From Podarcis vaucheri (taxonomy: Eukaryota): a DNA stretch of 64,000 nucleotides. A program made the translations under genes and the position numbers. Below are positions 12,655 through 23,935 of the stretch, one piece after another (positions within the stretch are counted from its first letter, which is position 1; each line of letters begins with the position of its first letter). Below the pieces are notes generated by a model. The model had not been told where the DNA came from. It was given only the letters and a program-made list of their open reading frames with translations, and made no database searches. The stretch lies in the NCBI GenBank assembly GCA_965113315.1, contig OZ220366.1. One strand, given 5' to 3'.

Positions 12655-13046
12655 GGGCTGTGGTAGAGCACCTGTTTTACCTGCAAAAGGTCCCAGGTAC
12701 AATTCCCAATCATCTCCAGTTAGAGCTGCAGAACCACTTCCAGTCAGTCCACACTTCTGTTTTCCCCATGCCTAGAAAGCATAGTTTTCCTCTTGCCCTG
12801 CACTTTCTGGGCTCAAGGCCAAGTGGTTTCCTCCTTTCCTCATTTCCTGGAGGAAACTGGTCTTTAGTGCTGAATCAGAGCAAACGTCAATCCAGAAAGA
12901 ACCTGAATTGCTGTTTGCTCCAATTGAGTGCTAAAGAACGATTTCCTCCAAGGAAAAGCAGTGGGACAAGAGGAAGGGGGTGAAAGCCCAGGACTGAGCT
13001 AGATGGACCAATGGTCTGGCTTGGTTTACAAAAGCTTCCTGTGTTC
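12655..13046 (+). mobile_element. tRNA-headed, CR1-tailed squamate SINE interrupted by a palindromic insert (about 12844-12955)
   Basis: Head TGGTAGAGCA..GGTCCCAGGTACAATTCCC; tail CTGAGCTAGATGGACCAATGGTCTG..GCTTCCTGTGTTC. Insert GGAGGAAA..CTTTAG..GAGCAAAC mirrored by GTTTGCTC..CTAAAG..TTTCCTCC. Confidence 0.6.
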
Positions 13047-13149
13047 TTGCATCTTCAGATAAAACCCTGGGACCAAGTACAATCGGCACTTTATTAACAT
13101 TGATCATCCTTAATTCTATATAGTGGATAAATTGTATCTACAGCTTACT

Positions 13150-13260
13150 GCCCTGTATCGGGAAGTTTTTAATGTTTGACATTTTATTATGTTTTTATAT
13201 TCTGCTGGAAGCCACCCAGAATGGGTGGGGAAACCCAGCCAGATGGGCGGGGCATAAATC
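13150..13260 (+). mobile_element. L2-type LINE 3' tail
   Basis: T-rich tract then GGAAGCCACCCAGAATGG..GGGGAAACCCAGCCAGATGGGCGGGGCATAAAT, recalled as a lizard L2 terminus. Confidence 0.55.
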
Positions 13261-15425
13261 ATCTATCTATCTATCTATTTTTACAGTAAAGTGTCAATGC
13301 AACCTGACAAAAATAAAATACAGCATAGTCAAATTCAAAAGCAGATAAAAAATTTAAAACTCTTAACAATACAAGATACATAAAATGTTCACCCAACAAT
13401 AAACTAATAAAGTACCAAGCCCTACCTATGCCACTAAAAGTTGGCCCTTCTATGTACATGTTTAAATGTGAGGAATAATGTAGATAGAACAGGTAGAGTG
13501 AAAGGTAGAAAATGCAATGGCACTTGCAGGTGATACTCAACTAAGTCATACTCTATGAGTAAATCAACTGAAATCAGCATGATGAAGCTACTTGTCCATC
13601 AGTTTCAGCAGGTCCAAAGTTGGATTGAACCCTGCATGTTTACATCTGTGCAAAGCCAGCACAGATCACAGATGAGAGAATATGCCAGTTGCCTGCAGCA
13701 GCAAAGACAATTGGCTGGCACATCTATGGGGCAGTTTGCTTGCTAAAACGGTCTGAGTTTTCTAATCCACAAATAATTTAGCAGCTTCTCATGTACTTTT
13801 GGGGCATAGTTGTTACTGAGGTGCTCTCCCTTGAATTGTTACTGGGAGCTTGGCCTTGCTGTCATTTTAGTCTCCCTTAAGGTATATTGTCCTCTTGTCT
13901 AAAAAGAGAGGTTTTCTTGCCCTGGCTCTGTGGCTTAGGGACAGCCCAGACAAGGAAGTTCTGTTTGTCATTGAGAAATTGTGGGTTCTAGTTTGACAAC
14001 ATGGTTATTATAGATGAGGATAAATCCTTTGGTTGTCCCAATTAAGCCTAAAAATATGATGTTTCTGTATTGCTGCAGTTTATCGTCTTGTTTCATCCTC
14101 TGCTAACTAGAGCCTTCAGGCATTGAGGGGGCTTCAAGTAAATGAAGATTCCTATCTTTTTATATAAATAAAATTGAAGTAGAAAGGAGAACAGCAGCTT
14201 TTCTAAACCACATTCCATAGATTTATTTTTTATTTTGGCTTTATTTCAGATCAAGTTGTGTTGAACTTCCCATTGAAAACTACACTAGTCAGCCATTCAG
14301 CCGTCAGTTCAGGGTGAGGTGAATTGCATTTCATGTGTCTACTGACTAATGCAGTTGGAATGATTTTCTTCCTTGGGCTTCACTTCTCTTTGAAAATTTC
14401 TCTCCTAATTATTTGAAGTCTAATGCCCTCTTCTAAAATAATTAGGTTTTGTACACTTCCAGACTGTTGCAACTGACAATACAAGGTGGGTAGATGTCTT
14501 GCTGTGTTCTTAAGCAGTGTTGTGCCTGCCTAGCTTTTTGCATGAGAAAATGCCAGCATACCACCATTAAGAAAAGAAACTTCTGTAAGTATTAAAATGA
14601 GTTGCCTAGACTGATCTCTTTAATTGTAAAATAGAATAACTATCACCGCAAAGTGGCTCTGAGCATGAAATGCAATTATCAATGAAGTAAAGATGAGTTT
14701 TAACACCATCACGTGTCAGTAAAATCATCTTAAAGACATTGCATTAAAAAAAGAAATCAGTGTTTATCATCCTACTGTTTTCTGTTAGTCAAACTTTCCA
14801 ACTAAACATATGTCCCTCTTTCGTTTTAGAAAAGAAATAAAAATGGGTTAGAGATAAGGCAGACAGATAATTAAACTTCAAACACTGCTGCTGCGAAAAG
14901 TCTTGCTGCTTTTTGTTTAGGCTTTGAAAATGCAGCAGCTTAATGCCGCTATTGTATGGAGGGAAAATATGCTAATGTGAAGCACATTTCCCATCAGAAT
15001 CCCTTTCAGTCATGTCATAGTTGAGATATGAATGATGATAAAAGAGGAAAGAATGGAGAGGCCTGTATTATGAGAGCACTGCTGTTTTGTTGTTATGCAT
15101 TGAGAAAAGGGATGAATAGAGATGAAGAGTTCAGTCACCCATGAAGACCCATGGCCTCTTGGCTGCTCAGGGATGAGTGGGTTCTCATGGACTCAGTCTG
15201 TGCCTCCTTCCCGGCCAGCTCTTCTGGAAATCTTCCCTTCTCAGGCATCCCATATCTGGGGCCGCCACACACCTCCCTGAAGTACAACAAGGCCATGTAC
15301 AATTAACTCGTTAAGTTTATGAGGGAGCAAAGTCAAAAGAGGAGACTAGCCCTGCCTGCCAGCTTATTGGCCTTGGGCTTTCCTAACAAATGGAAAGGTT
15401 AGAAATATAAATAAAAAATTAAAAA

Positions 15426-15553
15426 AATTGTCCAGTAGCACCTCAGAGACCAACTAAGTTTGTTCTCAGTATGAGCTTTCTTGTGCATGCACACTTCTTC
15501 AGATTTTTAAAATATATTTCTACTGCATCAGACCAACACAGCTACCTACCTGA
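15426..15553 (-). mobile_element. Penelope-like element terminal fragment
   Basis: CCAGTAGCACC..AGAGACCAACTAAGTTTGTTCT..TATGAGCTTTC..GTGCATGCACACTTCTTCAGAT resembles reptile Penelope pseudo-LTR ends. Contains a hammerhead-like core on the - strand. Confidence 0.7.
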
Positions 15554-18102
15554 AATGGAAAGGTTGTATATCCAGATTAGATCACAAATTTTGGAGATTT
15601 GAGACTGCAGAAGCTGCTTCATGCATATCTGTGAACCCTTGTTCCCAAGCAGGCAACCTTCTTTCTTCAGCAGTCTTTTAAAGAGGAGAGTCTCTGTGTC
15701 TAAAGCCACACAATTTCAGGCATATCTTGCACATCATCTCTGCCCACCTCTTCATAAATACATGTGTAATTTTCAAAGAGAAGTGAAGCCCAAGGAAGAA
15801 AATCATGTGTTCTTGGCGCCATGCTCAGAATTGATGTGCTGACTGCTGTGTTTGCCATCAAAGTATTATTATTTTTCTATGAGTTAGAGCTTCAGGTTAC
15901 AATCCTATTCACATTTACCTTGTGAGTAAGCCCCACTAAAAACAATAGAATTTACTTCTGCGCGGACAAGCATAGAATTTCAGTGCCAGTTACCATAGCA
16001 TGAAGAATTTTGTGATGCATGAACTTTGAGTACAAGAGAAAAACTATTCCATTTGAGAAAGTCCTGTGATGGACTTGCTTGCCTACCTGAACATGTCCCA
16101 CCCCTGATGCGCGGATGGAAAAATAAAAGTCACAGATCATGAATTTTGTGTGGCAGGGGATACAAATCTGTGATGATTTTGCCATTGGTTTTAGTGGGAG
16201 GTCAACTGCATTTAAGATATAAAAGCAGGTAATATTTATGCAGATTTCTGCCCCGCCCCCCATTTTCTTGGACTCATGTTGAGTTTCCCAAGGAAAGCGT
16301 TGACAACCCATGTCTAGAGTAGACAAAATGTTAGAAATAAATACTGTAGGCAATAATCCTACTCTGGCAAGGCAATTTACTAGACAGCCAATCTGGTGAT
16401 GCAGAATCAAGGCTGCTACTCTTGTCCTCAACTCACCCTACAGTGCTTTTGTGTTCAAGTTCATTGTGTATATAAAATCCCCTACTGTTTTGAGATTTGG
16501 CAATGCATAGTCCCAGACTAAACATGCAAATTTCTTAGCTTCTGTCACTTCAAGTAGTCCAATATTAAAGTAGACTTAACAAAAAAAAATCACCTGGAGT
16601 TTCAAAGAGCATGCTCAACTTGAGTGTATGCAGTGTTGATGTGAGTGAAAGAGAACTATTAGACTTCAGCTGTCATTATTGATTGCTCCTGATTTGCATT
16701 CTCTAGCGCATTGTGAAGGGGAGAAAGAAGAGTTATTTTTTATGCATACACAGGGGTCCAATCAAGACACAACTTGAGTCTGGGTTTCTTATGCACGAGG
16801 TATGAGGGAATGGCAGCTTAGAAGAGGTTGTGGAGAGCGTGGTGATAAGTTGGGAGCTCTGTAATCCAGTATTTTAGTAAGACAATTCATGAAGAATATT
16901 TGAAGGTGGGAAAGTACAGTGCACGTTCAGATGCGATAGGTGGCTTGTGACACTTTATCATGATAACCAAAGCGTATCCACTTCTTTAAAAGTGGTACAC
17001 GAAGGACTGGAATTGGGATTTCTGAGTACTTAATTCCACATTCCACAAGGTCAGGACTTCAATTTGCTGTGAGTTAAAAAGAAAAAAAGGTTGCAATGTA
17101 GAAAAAAAGCAATCCCTACAGGATCTCTGTGAATGCAGTAAATTGTAAGATGTTATCAATTATGCAAACTGGTATGTGATCTAATGAAATGAGACTTGAT
17201 TAGAAGGATGCACACTCCATTTCAGAAAGAGAAGCAGAGGGAGCAGATCCAAGGTGAAACCCACAATGAGCACAGCAGAAGAAAACGTTTGCCAATATAT
17301 TTACAGTATTAAAATGTGAACTGTACTTGTGTACAGATAGCAGTCTAACAGACGTCTGGATTAAATTCAATGCTGGTGACCCACTTTCGATCCAGCGGTG
17401 GCATCCGCTAATGCTTACACCAGTTTTCACATCCTAGTGCAGCCCTTTACACCCCCTGAAAATACTTATGGAAGGCAGAGGAACCGCACAGGTCAGCAAA
17501 GAAGCTGGAATTGGTGCCTCTGGATCAGTAGTTGTTCAGTGGGCAGGACAGCATAGCTGGATTTCATCCATCTGTTTCTTTTAAGGTCCTGGATATGTAA
17601 TATACCTGGATTCACATATGAAGGCCTTGTTTGGATGTTATGCTAAAATATGGTTTATATTAATGAACCGGAGTGTACCTTGGGTTCACGTGCTCCCTTT
17701 TACACCTGCAGTGAAGCCACAAGAAGAATGGAAGATATTTTTTTACTTACTTTTGGGTTATATGCAGTTTATGCCTGAACCCAGAAATGCTGTAGGTTAA
17801 CAATGGTTTATGAAACAGGCATGTTTCAATAAATCGTAGTCTAAATTAGCCGTGGTGTAACTGACTGCTTGGAAGAGAGACAGAGTCCTATCTCATTTGC
17901 AGAGAAGTGTGAATAAGGAAACAACAGTGGAGAGAAATAGTTGCTTCACTTCTTGCCCAGAGCTCTCTGCCACTGAGCAGTATCCCCACACTCCTCAAAG
18001 TCCTTTTTGTTTGCCAGAGTGCTTGGAGGGAGAAGTGGGAGGCTTTAAAAGCATTATTTAAAATTATTTAATCCTGTGGGAAGAATGGTTATTTATCTGC
18101 AG

Positions 18103-18141
<39 letters not shown>

Positions 18142-18158
18142 CACGCACACACACACAC
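18103..18158. repeat. Compound (TG)(AG)(CA) microsatellite
   Basis: Directly visible. Similar compound tracts at 18998-19042, 28743-28780 and 44858-44907. Confidence 0.9.
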
Positions 18159-18419
18159 AATATTACTAAATGCATTCTTAAAAACAATACAAAAGTATGA
18201 AATCAACAAGGCTTTGAAGTTGTTTGCAGCTTCACCATGCATTGAGGGACAATGTGGTGTTGTGCTTAATGAGTTGGGCTAGGACTGTGAAAGCTCCAGT
18301 TCAAGTTTCTGCTCAGCTGTGACTCTCTCTGGGAGATTTTGGGCCAGTCTATAGTGATCTCTTGTCTAACCCTTGAAGTGGTTGTGGTGATAAAACTATA
18401 GTTTGACGTAATAGAGTTC

Positions 18420-18690
18420 ATCTATGGAATTTGCTACCACAAGAAGTGGGACCACCTACTTGGATGGCTTTAAGAGGAGAAGGCCACATTCCAGTAGAAT
18501 AGGCTATCAAGAGCTTACCAGCCATGATGGCAGTGTTGTACTTTGACTGTCAGTTGCTGGGAATCATCAGTGGATAGAGTGCTGTTATGCTTCCTGCTTG
18601 CTTAGGGGCTTCCCATAGGCATCTGGCTGGCCACTGTGAGGATGTTGGACTAGATGGGCCACTGTTTTCATGCAGCAGACTCTTCCTATG
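18420..18690 (+). mobile_element. CR1 LINE 3' end fragment
   Basis: TTGGATGGCTTTAAGAGGAGA..GCTTCCCATAGGCATCTGGCTGGCCACTGTGAG..TGGACTAGATGGGCCACTG..CTCTTCCTATG. Confidence 0.7.
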
Positions 18691-18997
18691 AGAAGATCGG
18701 GGTGGAAGAATCATGAATGACATCCTGAACTCCTTGGAAGAAGGGATGGCTACAAAAAACAAAAAAACCCACAATGGGACTGCCATGAAATGGTTGTAGC
18801 TGCTTCTTCTGTCTCACAATACAACAGCTTTTCTCTCCCTCCCTAATGTTGGATCAGGGCTTGTTGAAGTTATGGGAAAGGGAGGAGTCATGTCTCTTGG
18901 TCTTCAGACGTAATTGTGCACAGACTCTTTGGGGCTGGACTCATCTGACTGCAATTGAGAATAAATTCTGGTGCATGAGGGAAGAAAGCCCTTTGAA

Positions 18998-19045
<48 letters not shown>

Positions 19046-19822
19046 ATAAAGAATAATTGGTTACTATCAGGTGACAGATAATCCATACCATTTTCTGCAT
19101 GTCCTGTTCCCTTTATCTTTTAGCTAAAAATTACATTTCCTATGTGAGTGAGTCAGTATTCTGGGCCAGTCATAATTTCCCTTCTAATCCACACACGTTG
19201 ATTTAGACTATCTCTCTCCCCCCCCCCCATTATTTTGTTTTTAATGTTGAAGCAGCAACGTGTAGGGAGCAATCCTCACAGTCGGTTGTGTCATATAAAA
19301 TTTCAGATGCTGGTACTGACAATGTAAAATATTTAGGCCGAGAGCATGAGTGCTGATAATCTAATATACATTTAATTTGTGCTCATTAATGTAGATCTGC
19401 TTCTGCAAATTTGAAAGACATCTATTCTAATGTCTTGACTTGCTAGTCCAAGTAGGTTGGTGGCCAGAGAAGAAAATCTGTTTTCTGTTGATGACAAAAT
19501 TCACAAACTTAGATGGGTTGTATCTATGTTATTCTTTAATAGCCTCCTGTAATGCACACTGATCATTTTGAAAATACTTTGAATGTAAAATTGTGCTTCT
19601 TCTCTTTTGTCACTGATTCTCTCCCAAGCCTTGTCATATTATTGTCCTGAATTGTGTCACACTTGCTTCCAATTTGGTGTTCCTGGTTTCTGTGGTTTGG
19701 ATATGGTTCACTGATGGTATTGTTTCTTGCATTTATGGGGGTGAAGAGTTACCTTATCTTTAAGAATACATATCTTTGCACTGGTTCCTGCGAGCGCCCA
19801 TCTCATCTACCATGGGCTAGTG

Positions 19823-19960
19823 CAGATGTGAGGAACCTTTGGCCTTCTAGATGTTGCTGAACTACAACTCCTATCATCCTTGGGTGTTGGCTATGATTGC
19901 TAGGACTGATGGGAGTTGTAGTTCAGCAACAACCGAAGGGCCAAAGGTTCCCCAATGCTG
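19823..19960. mobile_element. Palindromic hAT-type MITE
   Basis: TGTTGCTGAACTACAACTCC mirrored by GGAGTTGTAGTTCAGCAACA. CAG..CTG ends. 8-bp TSD GGCTAGTG/GGTTAGTG. Decayed relatives near 31302-31408, 32290-32425, 41480-41580, 50093-50200 and 61787-61891. Confidence 0.85.
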
Positions 19961-20061
19961 GGTTAGTGTTTGAAGGAGGGAAAATGTAGGAATCTTCTTT
20001 AACAGTGTGGTGTGGGGAGAAGTATAGCTTCAGATATAGTGGTGCATCACACAAGGTTGAG

Positions 20062-20296
20062 AGCCAGGGTGGTGTAGTGTTTAAGAGCGGTAGTCTCGTA
20101 ATCTGGTGAACCGGGTTCATGTCTCCGCTCCTCCACATGCAGCTGCTGGGTGACCTTGGGCCAGTCACACTTCTCTGAAGTCTCTCAGCCCCACTCACCT
20201 CACAGAGTGTTTGTCGTGGGGGGGGGGAGGGAAAGGAGAATGTTAGCCACTTTGAGACTCCTTAGGGTAGTGATAAAGTGGGATATCAAATCCAAA
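20062..20296 (+). mobile_element. tRNA-derived lacertid SINE (CORE/L2-tailed type)
   Basis: Box A TGGTGTAGTG and box B-like GGGTTCATGTC; CORE-like TGGGTGACCTTGGGCCAGTCAC; ends in a microsatellite tail. Confidence 0.8.
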
Positions 20297-20383
20297 TGCT
20301 GCCAACGCTGCCAACGCCGCTGCTGCTGCTGCTTCTTCTTCTTCTTCTTCTTCTTCTTCTTCTTCTTCTTCTTCTTCTTCTTC
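20297..20383. repeat. SINE-tail microsatellite (GCT)n grading into (CTT)n
   Basis: Directly visible; the source of the poly-F and poly-K ORFs. Confidence 0.95.
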
Positions 20384-21799
20384 TGTGTTGTATGACTGAA
20401 AGAGAGCCGTTGCATCTCACACTAGATGTTCATGTCTTGGTAGTCTCCATGTGATGCTAGAAAACGTCTTTTTAAAAGTTGGGTTTAAGAAGTTGGGTTT
20501 TAGCAGCAAATATCTAGCTATATCTCAGGGGTTTCTCATAGGGAAGACCATAGGGTGAAGCCATAGCACACTGTTCAGATAATGCAATGCTTTGCCATCT
20601 ATGCAATTTCCAAGGCTCCTGGACACACACATTTGGTGAACTCTGGAAACGGAAAAGCGGTGTTACTCAGGGTTCACAAAAGTAAGGCCCCAGTCATGTA
20701 TATTGAAAGGGGAAAAGAACCCATGGGGTTAGGTAATCTCAATCATGTTGAATGCTTCAAACCCGCCCCCCCCATCCACACCCTGGATGACAGGGGGAGA
20801 TAAGTGGACACGACCGGTGAGAAGTCCCAGAAGCCATTGTAGGAAAGGGTATCCAGTTGTTCTTCTTGCTGAATTAGCTGTTCCTTTATGCTGTCTCTTG
20901 CGCTGAATTTAGCAGGTTGGTATTTACCTGGGATTTTTGACTTTGTATTTGATAGCTTTGTAGTCTAGTTTACTGTTCTCTGAAGACAGATCTGAGCGTT
21001 GAAGGAAAAGCTCATGGGACTGTCAGCTCAGAATGCAGGGGGTGAGTGGGAAGAAAACATGTCTTAATGCTGTTGGACACTGCAGGCAACCCCTGCACAT
21101 GGAAATCTAGTGTGACAGAAGCTCCCCAACTCTCCTCTGATGCTAGGAGTTTATGACTCTGAAGAATACCTTCTAACACACTCCATGAAATAAAACATTT
21201 CATCTGGTTTTTCATCATCTGTATTAAACTTGAAAATACGGTTCGTGTGCAAATGCAACATCTGCCTCAGATCTTAATCTTCAGATCCCCTGTGCACAGT
21301 ACTAAACAAACAAAATAACTGGCAAAGAAAATGTTTGACTTGCAAAAATCTTCAAGTCATCTCCTGATAAAAATTTGCCTATGACTGGATGAGGACATCC
21401 TGTCTTCTTTTTTTAAGCTTCTATTTCAATAAGGACGCTCCTTCGTAAATAGAAGGAATCTAACTTTGGAACTTGGAAAGTTGAGATCTTATGTACCTCT
21501 AGTATTCGTCTCACCTGAGCACCTCTTCTCTTCACTGGTCATAAGAGCTTAACTGCCCCAGAGATGTGAGAACCTCCTCACTACCATATAAGCACATGGT
21601 ACATAGTTATTTGATGGGCATAAATATGCATTTATTTTCTAAACTGCGTTCAAACCAGGCATCCTTCAAGTCAAAACCTAAAACTACAAAGGAGACAGGC
21701 ATGTTCTTTGTAAGAACTAGGGGCATGTGGAATTAATAAAAATTCCAAGCATAATAAATAGGCGATCATCATGGGAAAGGGAGTCTTGTTGTCATGTGA

Positions 21800-22110
21800 T
21801 GCCATGGGCTCTCCTTAGAGATGGTGAGGGGTGAGTGTCATCGCTGAGTCATGCAACAGGAGGGGGCTCTGCTCACTCCCTCAGATGCAGCCCCTCTTCT
21901 GATGTCACTAATCTATTCTGCACCACAGAATTGATTAACATTCATAGGGAGAACAGGAAAGTAGAGACCATGTGAAAAAAGGGAGGCTAGCTGGGTTTAT
22001 CCCCCCCTTCACGCTCCCATTGCAAACACACAGAGAGTGGGGAGACAATCGAGCACAGACCTGCTATTTTATAACTGGGGTCTCTGACGTATGGCTGAGT
22101 GTTTCCTGGC
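21800..22110 (+). promoter_or_regulatory. GPM6B: Probable proximal promoter of GPM6B
   Basis: Repeat-free region just upstream of exon 1. AP-1 TGAGTCA 21845-21851, CRE-like TGATGTCA 21900-21907, TATA-like TTTATAA 22068-22074, TGACG 22085-22089. TSS is inferred, not seen. Confidence 0.55.
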
Positions 22111-22325
22111 AGAGATCTTTATGGACCAGTAGGCAGATCGAAACTAAAGCTGACACGACTTTGTGCATTTTGGAAAGGAGCGTAATCTACTGTAGTGAGG
22201 AACAGAGCCACTCAATCACTGCGGCGGTAAATAGGAGACAGAAGGGAAGGAAGAAAGAAGGAAGAGAGACTCTTTGCTGGGGGCGGGGAGCGAGAGCATT
22301 TTTGGTGGATGGTATAAAGCCAGCC

Positions 22326-22374
22326 ATGGAAACTGCAGCGGAGGAAAATACAGAACAAAGCCAAGAGAAAAAAG
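22326..22374 (+). CDS. GPM6B: GPM6B exon 1 coding part (METAAEENTEQSQEKK-G)
   Basis: Matches the mammalian M6b N-terminus METAAEENTEQSQERK. Kozak GCCATGG. Phase-1 donor AAG|GTACCC. Confidence 0.95.
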
Positions 22375-22640
22375 GTACCCAGAGGACCGAACAATAGACT
22401 GTTTAAATCTTTTTAAGAACCTTAAGTGAAAAGATTTAGGCTATGTTTGTCACTCTCTTTAGAGCAGTGCTTAAATTATCATTATGGCATCTTCTACCTT
22501 CCAGTGGTTTTTATGCTGTATGGTTTGACAGCAGATTAATGGAACAGCCATCTCTCCCAACATCTCTAAGTTGGTGTTTTCAGCCATCTCAAATCCCATG
22601 AAAAACCCTGGACTGCATTTTTTGCAGTTTAGAGAAAAAT

Positions 22641-22664
22641 TGTGTGTGTGTGTGTGTGTGTGTG
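22641..22664. repeat. (TG)n microsatellite in intron 1
   Basis: Directly visible. Confidence 0.9.
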
Positions 22665-23881
22665 TACGTACATACACACATGCCTTATTCACACATTTTG
22701 AGTCTGATGGTAAGGGTTTGGGTGATCCAGTATTACTGTAACAGGAAGCTTTCTGCCAGTGTAGACATAATGGCTTGTTTTCTTTTTCTTTCTTGTACAG
22801 CGCTTATGTGTTGCATTTCTATAATATTTGGGGGAAGAGAATGAGGCAGTAATATTATGCAAATAATTAAAGTGCACAATAGTGTTTGGGGGCAAATGTT
22901 CCAATTGAGAGACTTACAGACCAGAAAATGGCAGTGTGGCAAGAGAAATCAAATCTGAATGTTGCTGGTTGTTGTTATTCTTAAAGATCAATGAAACAAA
23001 GTTAACAGCCTGCATTATTTCATTCGATTGCACTTCTCTATAGCAGGCTAGTGTAGTTATTTAGAAACTTTGCAGCCATTTACACTTGTATAAAACCACT
23101 GACTTGAAAGGGAATGAGCACACACTAAAGGATTGGTTCCAGTATTTTATCTTGTTTGAGAAATTCTAAAACTTACAGGACCTGTTATATATATTGTTAC
23201 TAGTGGTTTCTTTGTATTTCATCCTAAATTGCTAATGAATACTTCTAAATTAATGGTTTAGAGTGTCCGGAAAAGAATCTGTTAGTTAAATATACAGTGA
23301 TGCAATACATATTCCGCAAATTTTAATTGTGTTGCTCAGTGAAACATCTAAAACATACAATACTATAAGAGCTTCAATTTCAATAAAGTAAAATTTGGTG
23401 AACCGTTCAGCCATTGTATAAAATAATAGCCTGAATATTCTACCTGAAACATGACAATGCTAAGGAATCAAAACATATCAAAACACTAGCATGCCCATGA
23501 TGGGGACAAACACCCCAGAAGGTTGTTTTTGTTGTTGTTTCAATGGATAAAGTTGTTTTTAAAAGGTGCTTCTTATAAAATGAGCCCTCCAAAGTGTGTA
23601 CAGATCCTTTTTCAATATTGCTTCATTTTGCATTTTGCATTTCAAAAAATACAATTAGCACTCTTTGTTAAGTGAACGGAAGAGAAAATTGTGTACCTCC
23701 AGGCCAAGAAGTGAACTGTACTTGAATAAATGTCTTTGAAATAAGTGAAACTTTAGGAATGGCATGTAAGGTGTATATTCATTATTTCCTTCACCACACC
23801 ACCCTTGCAAAGAAAGTTAATTGGTGGCATCTAAAGAACTGCTTAGCCTTTACACCAGTTTGATGGGATGGATATAATCTA

Positions 23882-23912
<31 letters not shown>

Positions 23913-23935
23913 ATATCTATACTATATCTATATAT
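23882..23935. repeat. (ATCT)n tetranucleotide microsatellite
   Basis: Directly visible. Confidence 0.9.

Noticed and set aside
11404-16431. 148-aa (11404-11850) and 159-aa (15952-16431) minus-strand ORFs
   Set aside because: Non-ATG starts, no domain similarity, and partial overlap with repeat remnants; consistent with random ORFs.
20150-20415. Poly-Phe and poly-Lys ORFs
   Set aside because: Translation of the (CTT)n SINE-tail microsatellite.
23298-23306. TGATGCAAT C/EBP-ATF composite motif in intron 1
   Set aside because: A single 9-mer is plausible by chance in 64 kb, and no conservation data are available.
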